DNA of 26,842 nucleotides from an uncultured bacterium (lineage in GTDB: Bacteria; Lernaellota; Lernaellaia; Lernaellales; Lernaellaceae), in NCBI GenBank assembly GCA_964534375.1, contig CAZHPN010000061.1, positions 1 to 26,842 on the forward strand, read 5' to 3'. The notes beneath the pieces are model-generated. The model ran no database searches. It was given only the letters and a program-made list of their open reading frames with translations, and was not told the DNA's origin. How positions within the stretch are numbered: position 1 is the first letter of the stretch; every line of letters begins with the position of its first letter. The position numbers and the translations under genes were made by a program. Shown here in pieces: positions 16,918 to 24,198 of the stretch.

Positions 16918-19900
16918 TCACCAGGTCCGGCCGGACACCGTGAACGCGCCCCAGAAGAACGGATACATCGACCCGGTGCGCTGTTTCACCTCGGCCATCA
17001 GCTTCAGTTGCTCGTCGCGCAGCGAGGCCGCGGCCGGTTCGCCGGCCAGCACGCGGGGCGTCCAGCGCTCCATCAACGTCTTCGTTTCGTCAGACGGCAC
17101 GCTCCAGGAGGTCGCGGCCACGGTCCGCGCGCCGGCCAGGGTGAACGCGTAGCGCAGGCCCATGATGCCTTGCCCGCTTTTCACCTCGCCGAGGCCCGTC
17201 ACGCAGGCCGAGAGCACGACCAGCTTCGCGCCGGTCAGGTCGAGGTTCACCACCTTCGCGCCGGTCAGCAGGCCGTCGTCCTCGGCGGATTCGCGCACGC
17301 CCGGCGCGACGTTCGCCCCGGCGAAGGCCAGGCCGCACAGCGACAGCGGATTCACCACCGGCCCCGCCTTGCGAACGGGACCGCCTGGCGACTCGGCCGC
17401 GCCAACAAGACCGATGCCGCGGGTTCCTTCGCGGGCCGGTTCCGGCCGCTCGATGAAGTAACCGTGCGTGGCGAAATAGAGATATTCGCGGCCGGGCGCT
17501 TGCCGCTTGACCGCCGCTTCCGTCGCCGCCGCTCCGAGCAGCACCTGCGCGCCCTTTCCCGCCGCCTTGCCGACGGTCCGCACCTCGTCGGCCGTTTCCG
17601 CCAGCCGTCCGAAGCGGAGCGTACCGATGTCGCCAACCGCGGCCCGGGCGTCGCCGGCGAAACCGGCGCCTCGCGTAAACGCCACGCCGGCGGAAGTTGA
17701 CGATCGCCCGGCGGCGCCCGCGTCGAAGTCCGGATCGCCCGCGAGCAGCGCGCCCTTGCCGTTGGTCCAAGCCGCCGCGGCGCGGATGACTTCCCGCGCC
17801 GAGGCGGCGTAACCGAGCGTGTACTTCTCGATGAGATAATGCCCTTGGTCGTCCGTCAGCACCGAAAAGGGCACGGTGGACAACATTCCGTCCGGGCTGA
17901 CGATGATCTTGTCGAAGCCGTTCAGGGCCGGCGCCAACGGGGCGAACACCTTGCCGTAGAGTTCGCTCGCCGCCTCTTTGTAACGCGCTTCCTTTTCGGC
18001 GAAGTTGCCGCCGGAAACGGCGGCCGGGTCCAGGCGTTGGCGCACTTTGCCGACGAGCGCGTCGATCGCGTCGGCGTCACCGAGATCGAAATACTGGATT
18101 TTATCCTTGGTCACGACGAACGCGGCGTAGCGATATTCGAACCACACTTTCTTCGGGTCCATGGGGTCGAATCGCCGATAGCGGAAGTAGTCCGCCAGGG
18201 CCGTTCCGGCCGGCAAGGCCGCACGAACGGCCCGACCATCGGCGCGCAGGGCGTCGCGGTTCGTCCGATACGCGGCGCTGGCACCGGCGAGAGCGGTGTC
18301 AAGCTCTGCCACGCGGGCTTGCAGGTTCTTGATTTCCGCCTCCAGCGCCGCACGTGCCTGGGATTCGGTGGTGGTGAATCGCTTGTCGATCAGCAAAGAA
18401 AGCCGCTCGTTGGCGCGAACGAAGTCGTCGAAGAGCGTTTTGGTTTGCGGATCGGCCAGCGCCGCCCGCCGCGACGCGCTCGCCGCATCGAAAAACAGCC
18501 CCTTGCAGAAGGCGACCGGGTCATAGGCCTTCTCGGCAGCGCGGTAGGTGAGGTTGAAGCTGGTAAGGGCCGCGAAATGGGATGTGTTCGCTTCCAGCAG
18601 CTTCATTCCCTCGCCGGTCTGCCCCGCATTCAGGTTGCGCGCGAGAAATGCAGAACGCGCGGAAAAGGCCGAATCCAAATGCCGGCCCGCATCGTCCATG
18701 CGACCCATCGTCCATTCTATTTCGCCCAAATTGGAATATGACGTTGCCGTGTCCGGATGCTCCTCTCCTAAGACCTTGCGCCTTATCTCCAGCGCCTTCT
18801 TGAACAGCGGCTCGGCCTCAGCGCGCCGGCCGGTGCGTTCATAAAGCCACGCCAGGTTGTTGTACAAATTCGCCGTGTCCGGGTGCTCCTCGCCCAGGGC
18901 CTTGCGATAGATCTCCAGCGCCTTCTTGTACAGCGGTTCGGCCTCGGCGTACCGGCTTATGTCGCAATAATGTCCAGCGAGGTTGTTATAGCTTTTCGCC
19001 GTTTCCGCGTGCTCTTCACCCAGCGCCTTGCGGTTTATCTCCAACGCCTTCTTGTATAGCGGTTCGGCCTCGGCGTGCCGGCCTGTCATCTCGTACAACC
19101 ACGCCAAGTTGGTATAAGAAATCGCCGTGGATGGGTGTTCCTCGCCCAAGGCTTTGCGCTTGATCGCTAACGACTTCATGTACAGCGGCTCGGCCTCAGT
19201 GTATCGGCCGGTGTTGTCATAGAGTACAGCCAATTCGTTGTAAGATTTCGCCGTGATCGGGTGCTCCTCGCCCAGCGCCTTGCGATAAATGTCTAGCGCC
19301 TTTTTCAATAGCGGCTCGGCGTCGGCGTAGCGACCAGTAACGGAATAAAGCCACGCCAGGTTGTTGTACAAATTCGCCGTGTCCGGGTGCTCCTCGCCCA
19401 GGGCCTTGCGATAGATCTCCAGCGCCTTCTTGTACAGCGGTTCGGCCTCGGCGTAGCGAGCCGTGGTGTCGTAGAGTGCTGCCAGATTGTTGTAGGACGC
19501 CGCGGTTTCCCGACGCTCTTCCCCCAAGACCGTGCGCGTGATCTCCAAAGCCTTCTTGCATAGCGGTTCAGCTTCCGCATATCGGCCGGTTTCGAGGTAA
19601 AGTGCCGCCAGTTTGCTATAAGAAGCCGCCGTGTCAGGGTGTTCCTCGCCCATCGCCTTGCGCCTTATCTCCAGCGCCATTTTGAGGGGCCGCTCGGCGG
19701 CGGCGTATCGGCCGGTAACGCGATAAAGATCGGCCAGGTTGTTGTAGGCTACTGCTGTTTTCGGGTGCTCCTCGCCAAACGTTCTTTTGACCAGATCCAA
19801 CGCTTGTTTCGCGATGAAGATTGCTTCCTCGTAGCGGTGTTCTTGGTACGCCCGAATCACTTGTTTGTTAAGTTCGTTCCATTGCTGCTGATCGTCGCCC

Positions 19901-19968
19901 CAAGCCGCCGATGCGAGGCCGATTAACGAAGACAATAACAGGACAAACGAGAACGCCCTCTTGCCCAT
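16918..19968 (-). CDS. Secreted TPR-CHAT protease (1016 aa)
   Basis: GAGGGAG RBS before ATG 19968; signal peptide MGKRAFSFVLLLSSLIGLASAAWG; about ten regular 42-aa TPRs (LGEEHPDTA.SYNNLA.LY..TGRYAEAEPLYKKALEI); CHAT motifs SPDGML, YFATHG, VLSACVTG, YPFFWGAF. Confidence 0.95.
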   Translation of the reverse strand: MGKRAFSFVLLLSSLIGLASAAWGDDQQQWNELNKQVIRAYQEHRYEEAIFIAKQALDLVKRTFGEEHPKTAVAYNNLADLYRVTGRYAAAERPLKMALEIRRKAMGEEHPDTAASYSKLAALYLETGRYAEAEPLCKKALEITRTVLGEERRETAASYNNLAALYDTTARYAEAEPLYKKALEIYRKALGEEHPDTANLYNNLAWLYSVTGRYADAEPLLKKALDIYRKALGEEHPITAKSYNELAVLYDNTGRYTEAEPLYMKSLAIKRKALGEEHPSTAISYTNLAWLYEMTGRHAEAEPLYKKALEINRKALGEEHAETAKSYNNLAGHYCDISRYAEAEPLYKKALEIYRKALGEEHPDTANLYNNLAWLYERTGRRAEAEPLFKKALEIRRKVLGEEHPDTATSYSNLGEIEWTMGRMDDAGRHLDSAFSARSAFLARNLNAGQTGEGMKLLEANTSHFAALTSFNLTYRAAEKAYDPVAFCKGLFFDAASASRRAALADPQTKTLFDDFVRANERLSLLIDKRFTTTESQARAALEAEIKNLQARVAELDTALAGASAAYRTNRDALRADGRAVRAALPAGTALADYFRYRRFDPMDPKKVWFEYRYAAFVVTKDKIQYFDLGDADAIDALVGKVRQRLDPAAVSGGNFAEKEARYKEAASELYGKVFAPLAPALNGFDKIIVSPDGMLSTVPFSVLTDDQGHYLIEKYTLGYAASAREVIRAAAAWTNGKGALLAGDPDFDAGAAGRSSTSAGVAFTRGAGFAGDARAAVGDIGTLRFGRLAETADEVRTVGKAAGKGAQVLLGAAATEAAVKRQAPGREYLYFATHGYFIERPEPAREGTRGIGLVGAAESPGGPVRKAGPVVNPLSLCGLAFAGANVAPGVRESAEDDGLLTGAKVVNLDLTGAKLVVLSACVTGLGEVKSGQGIMGLRYAFTLAGARTVAATSWSVPSDETKTLMERWTPRVLAGEPAAASLRDEQLKLMAEVKQRTGSMYPFFWGAFTVSGRTW
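18841..19455. repeat. Exact 111-bp duplication inside the TPR array (18841-18951 = 19345-19455)
   Basis: Base-for-base identical by manual comparison; offset 504 bp = four 126-bp TPR units. Confidence 0.9.
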
Positions 19969-20011
19969 GTTTTCTCCCTCGACGGAATCACTAATCTGCA
20001 TGTTCGGTCGA

Positions 20012-20587
20012 CTACCGTACGCACCGCGCGCTGCTGCCAAAGCCTTCGTGGGGCTTGACGTAGCCGTACTTTACGGCGCCGCTGTTGAAATTGACGCCCC
20101 ACGCGTGACCGCCGAGGTCGGCGAGCGCCGAGGACGACCAGTACCAACCCGGCTCTCCCGAAAGCTCAGGTGGCCAATAGGCACCACCCGGACCGGGACC
20201 ACCTTGGGCCGAGCATGCCTCGCAGGTATCTTTGCTCCAACACTCATTGATACTCATGCACTTGCCGCCCACCCTACAGGCCCCGTCCTTCTGCGTCGCC
20301 GGACAACCCCTGATCAAGCTCCGAAGCTCCGTGATCGTCGGCAAACGCCAGTCATTGTAGCCTCCGAGAGACAAGCCTTGACAATTCGCTTGCGCCTGTT
20401 GCCATCTCATTTTCCCGCCCGTCGGAGACACCTGCCACGTCAAACCCGACGTCGGGTCCTTCCATGTGTCGACGGATGGCAGGGATACCGGCTTAGGCTT
20501 AGAGTCTTCGCCGCCATACGAAAACGCCAAGCCGAGGCTAAGGCACATCACAGCACAAGACACGATTATAAAGGCCCTTCGCATCAT
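20012..20587 (-). CDS. Secreted Cys-rich DUF1566 (Lcl C-terminal-like) protein (191 aa)
   Basis: AAGGAGGG RBS; signal peptide; WKDPTSGLTWQ, CQGLSLGGYNDWRLPTITELRSL, YWSSS, AWGVNFNSG, ARCVR. Confidence 0.9.
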   Translation of the reverse strand: MMRRAFIIVSCAVMCLSLGLAFSYGGEDSKPKPVSLPSVDTWKDPTSGLTWQVSPTGGKMRWQQAQANCQGLSLGGYNDWRLPTITELRSLIRGCPATQKDGACRVGGKCMSINECWSKDTCEACSAQGGPGPGGAYWPPELSGEPGWYWSSSALADLGGHAWGVNFNSGAVKYGYVKPHEGFGSSARCVR

Positions 20588-20920
20588 TCCCTCCTTTTTC
20601 ACAAGCCTGTCCCAGACTCGGTTTTCAAAAGTCCTGGAACAGATGTGGTTTGTATCATGGATATCCCCCCCGCACCGTGCCGTCAAGACTCGTTTCCCGT
20701 CTCTGTTTCGCTTGCCAAGTGCCAAAACCGGATGGCTGGCTCACCATCACTGGGGCGCGCCGCCGGCAACAGCCCCGGGCCTCCAGCCTTCGCGGCCGAA
20801 GCGTCCGCGGTGCCGATGCAAAAAGTCGGTCGAGTACAGCGACGCCGTAATCAATGTTGAAGCGCACGTATGACGTTACACCGCCGTCGCGGCGCGTTCA
20901 AGAAGCAGCGGCCACTCGCC

Positions 20921-21399
20921 CCATCTCCGGCCGGACACCGTGAACGCGCCCCGGAACAACGGATACGTCGATCCGGTGCGCTGTTTCACCTCGGCCATCA
21001 ACTTCAGTTGCTCGTCGCGCAGCGACAGCGGATTCACTACCGGCCCCCCGCGAGCGCCGCCGCCCGGCGTCTCGGCCCCGCCGACAATGCCGATGCCCCG
21101 CGGCCCTTCGCGGGCGCGACGCCGGCGAGCAGGAGCGCGAGACCGGCCAGCGCGGCGCACGCCGCGAACCGCCAAGAGGGAAGGTGGTTCATTGGATTGC
21201 CTTTCCGAAAAGGTTGATGTCGCCGCAAAGACGCAAAGAGCGCAAAGGGACGAAGAAATAAGCCGCGAAGGCGCGCGAATGCAGGCGCAGCGGATCGGAC
21301 AAATGCGCATTGGCATGGACGAGCGGACATTCGCGGCTGCACCCAATTCATGCCGTCAATTCCTGTTCCCGCCGGCGTTGTTCGCGCGCGTTCGCGGTT
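20921..21399 (-). pseudogene. Three-part chimeric remnant of an LPP20-like gene start and a CHAT gene end
   Basis: 20921-21025 matches 16921-17025; 21020-21115 matches 17338-17436; 21109-21399 matches 16574-16869. Confidence 0.9.
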
Positions 21400-21439
21400 C
21401 CCTTTCCTTCCTGCGCCGATATTTGCGGCTTCCCCTCGT

Positions 21440-22756
21440 TCACGAACGATTCTTCGCGGTTGGTTTCCGGCGAACCCGCGTCGTCGGTTTGCGCGACTTC
21501 AGTTCGGGAATGCCGCGCGCGACTCGCTCTTTCGCGACGGTTTCGACGGGATAACCGAGCCGGTCGGCGAGCGCCCGGTCCGGCAGTTTTCCGAGCGGCT
21601 GTTCGTCCCAGAAGCGGCGCTCTTCTTCCGCTTTTTTGCGCGTTCGCAGGCTGGGAATTCCCCGCGTTCTGCGGGCCAGCGCCACGGTCGAGACGGCGCA
21701 ACCGAGTCGTTCGGCCAGCGCGCCATCGGTCATTTTCCCCAGGGGTTGTTTGGCCCACTCGATTTCGAGCCGCCGCGGCGGTTGGCAGGGCGGAATTCCG
21801 CGCCGCTGGCGTTGGCCGGCGACCGCGGCGGCGCTGACCCCCAGCCGGCGCGCAATGACCGAGTCGCGTTCCCGGCCGAGGCCGACGCCGTCCCAAGCGA
21901 TTTGCCGCGTCCGGCGCGCCGCGAACGGCGCAATTCCCGCCTTTTTGCGGCGCCGCACGGCCAACGCGACCGAGACGCCGTGCTTGGCGGCAAAGGCGCG
22001 GTCGGTCATGGTTCCCAGTTCGGCGACCGGCACGATTTTTCGCTCGCCGCGGACGAAGGTCGGGCAGCGGGGAATGCCGCGCTTTCGCCGCTGTTCGAAA
22101 ACGGTGCGCACGTGCAGTCCCAGTTTTCTCGCGAGGGCCGCGTCGCTTTCCCGGCCGAGGCCGACCCGGTCCCAGTCGATGCCGCGGCCGGCGTCGCGCC
22201 GATACGGCGGAATGCCGCGCTGCCGTCGATGGTCAAATACCGTCGAGACGTCGAGCCCCAGCCGCTTCGCGATGTCGCGGTCGCTTTCCTGGCCGAGACC
22301 GACCGCGTCCCAATCGATTTTCTGCGCGGTCCGGGTCGTATAGGACGGAATGCCGCGCTTTCGCCGCTGCGCGAAAACGATATTGACGCCAAGTCCCAAC
22401 TTTTCCGCGATCGCCCGGTCGATTTCCCGACCGAGGCCGACGCGGTCCCAATCGATGGCGCGCCGCCGCCGCGGATCGAACGGCGGAATTCCCGCCTCTT
22501 TGCGCCGTTTGAAGACCACGGCCAACGCGACGCCGTATTTGGCGCCCAGCGCCGCGTCCGTCATCGTTCCCAGTTCCGCGAGCGGGAGGTCGATGCGATT
22601 GGACCGCCGGCGCACGGGGCACACCGGTATGCCGCGCTTTCGCCGTTGCGCGCCGACCGTGTCGCTGAGGACCCCGAGCCGGCGCGCGAGGGCCGCGTCG
22701 GATTCGCGCCCCAACGGAACTTCGTCCCAAGCGATCGGCTGCTTTTTTCCGCTCAT
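21440..22756 (-). CDS. Protein of nine tandem ~46-aa HTH-like repeats (438 aa)
   Basis: Consensus IDWDxVxLGxxxDxxlAxxLGxxxxxVxxxRxxxGIP repeated nine times; very basic; no other domain. Start is ATG 22756 or TTG 22774. Confidence 0.9.
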   Translation of the reverse strand: MSGKKQPIAWDEVPLGRESDAALARRLGVLSDTVGAQRRKRGIPVCPVRRRSNRIDLPLAELGTMTDAALGAKYGVALAVVFKRRKEAGIPPFDPRRRRAIDWDRVGLGREIDRAIAEKLGLGVNIVFAQRRKRGIPSYTTRTAQKIDWDAVGLGQESDRDIAKRLGLDVSTVFDHRRQRGIPPYRRDAGRGIDWDRVGLGRESDAALARKLGLHVRTVFEQRRKRGIPRCPTFVRGERKIVPVAELGTMTDRAFAAKHGVSVALAVRRRKKAGIAPFAARRTRQIAWDGVGLGRERDSVIARRLGVSAAAVAGQRQRRGIPPCQPPRRLEIEWAKQPLGKMTDGALAERLGCAVSTVALARRTRGIPSLRTRKKAEEERRFWDEQPLGKLPDRALADRLGYPVETVAKERVARGIPELKSRKPTTRVRRKPTAKNRS

Positions 22757-22796
22757 CCAGGCGCCCGCCAACAAGGGTTTTATCTAACGGCTGCTT

Positions 22797-22893
22797 CACG
22801 CGAATAGGACCGGACATGCATCGGCTTGCAGTTGTTCGCGTCCATTCGCTGCCGGCCCGACGAAGCCAGGCGAAGTCGGGGGCATTCGCGGTT
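22797..22893. repeat. Degenerate third copy of the REP-like element
   Basis: CACGCGAATAGGACCGGACA resembles GGCGAATAGAATCGGACA near 16750; it ends in the same GCATTCGCGGTT. Confidence 0.4.
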
Positions 22894-23157
22894 CAGTTTC
22901 CTTCCTTTGCGGTCCAATTTCAATCACTGCCTTAAAACTTCCGGGAACTTCGGTTTAATTCTTGCTCGGAATCGAACGCAAAGCGACCGAAACGAATCTG
23001 AACGAAACTGGCCCGGGAACCGACTGTTGACGACAAGGAACGGGTTGCGTAACCATGAAATTGACAACCGCTGTTCCGGAACTTTCAACTGATTTCGGGA
23101 CAGGCTCACAAGATAGGGCCTGAGCAATCAACACGTCCACTTTCGGGAGACCTTGCC

Positions 23158-23781
23158 ATGAAGACCTACTTGGCAGCGTGGCTGGCGGTTTTGAGCGGGT
23201 TCTTGGCGCTGGCGCTCGCGTGCGGCAGCAGCGGGAGCAAAGCCGCAGCCACAGCGACTATGCGGGGCAATGGCGGCGGAGGAGACGACGACAGCGCGGC
23301 AAACGACGACGTATGGACGGACCCGTCCACCGGCTTGATGTGGGACCTTAGTGCGGAAACGGCCGAGTTCGGGTGTGAAAATTTGCAGGCGGCCATTGAA
23401 TATTGCATCCAATCAAAGAAAGCCGGCTATTCTGGATGGCGGGCGCCGACAATTGACGATTTGAGGACCGTCATTGTTGCGTGCTCTCCAACGGAGACCG
23501 GCGGGGCGTGCGACGTGACAGACTCCTGCAATTCGGCGACGAATTGCAGGAATAGCGCCTGTTCCGGGTGCGGCGAATCCGGGGCTGCCGGCGCTTATAG
23601 CAAAAACGGCAATTGGCAAAATGTTTCCTGCTCCTCAACAACGGATGCGGATGAACCGGCCAGCTTCGTGTGGACCGTCGATTTCCACGATGCGAGCATT
23701 CAATATTATGGGGCCAACGGCGGCACGGTGTTGCAACTCTCATGCGTGCGAAATTCAACCGCAACGGACGTCCGAAAATAA
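23158..23781 (+). CDS. DUF1566 (Lcl C-terminal-like) lipoprotein (207 aa)
   Basis: GGGAG RBS; lipobox LALAC-GSS; Gly/Asp linker; WTDPSTGLMWD, GYSGWRAPTIDDLRT, same Cys-rich insert as the paralogs, WTVDF, SCVR. Confidence 0.9.
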   Translation: MKTYLAAWLAVLSGFLALALACGSSGSKAAATATMRGNGGGGDDDSAANDDVWTDPSTGLMWDLSAETAEFGCENLQAAIEYCIQSKKAGYSGWRAPTIDDLRTVIVACSPTETGGACDVTDSCNSATNCRNSACSGCGESGAAGAYSKNGNWQNVSCSSTTDADEPASFVWTVDFHDASIQYYGANGGTVLQLSCVRNSTATDVRK

Positions 23782-23892
23782 GAGCCCGGATGCGCGAGAC
23801 ACGCGGCTGAAAATCCGACGATGGCCGAGCCCCGGCCGGTCGGTGACGGGCGCCGGCATTGTCCGTCAGGCGAGGCGCGGCACGAACGCGCG

Positions 23893-24198
23893 TCAGCCGG
23901 CGACAAGGAAGATTTCGCAGGTTTCGAAATCGATTTCCCACTTGGCGCCGGGAATATTTTCCCATTGATATTTGCGGCTTTTTAAATTCCACCAGTCGTG
24001 GTAAGCGGTCGTGACGGCGCCCAGGTCGCCGATCAATCGCTCATACAACGCGTTCACCTCCTCGTCGGTCGAGAGCGACTTGAGCAATTCGACCAGCGCG
24101 TTCTTTCGTTCGTGCAGACGGCGGATCTCGTCGCGTTCGGCGGGCGCCACCTTTCCGACCGATTTTTTCGGCGATTTCGGAGCAGCGGGCTTATTCAA
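23893..24198 (-). CDS. CXXX repeat peptide modification system protein (TIGR04116-like)
   Basis: VGKV...ERDEIRRLHERKNALVEL...LYERLIGDLG...WW...KYQWE...WEIDFETCEIFL; TTG start overlapping the upstream TGA; AAGGAG RBS; operon context. Confidence 0.88.
   Translation of the reverse strand: MNKPAAPKSPKKSVGKVAPAERDEIRRLHERKNALVELLKSLSTDEEVNALYERLIGDLGAVTTAYHDWWNLKSRKYQWENIPGAKWEIDFETCEIFLVAG

Noticed and set aside
10201..19968. Craspase (Csx29) or gasdermin-associated CHAT system
   Set aside because: No Cas7-11, CRISPR array, gasdermin or NLR/STAND gene visible, and both CHATs carry export signals.
20876..21346. 156-aa ORF as a real gene
   Set aside because: It reads through REP-like DNA and an off-frame copy of the LPP20-like start before entering CHAT fragments; explained by the deletion remnant.
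1981..23781. Complete diversity-generating retroelement
   Set aside because: No reverse transcriptase, no Avd-like gene, and no near-identical TR/VR pair differing only at adenines within the window.
23818..23864. Imperfect hairpin between convergent genes as a terminator
   Set aside because: Pairing is interrupted and there is no U-tract on either strand.
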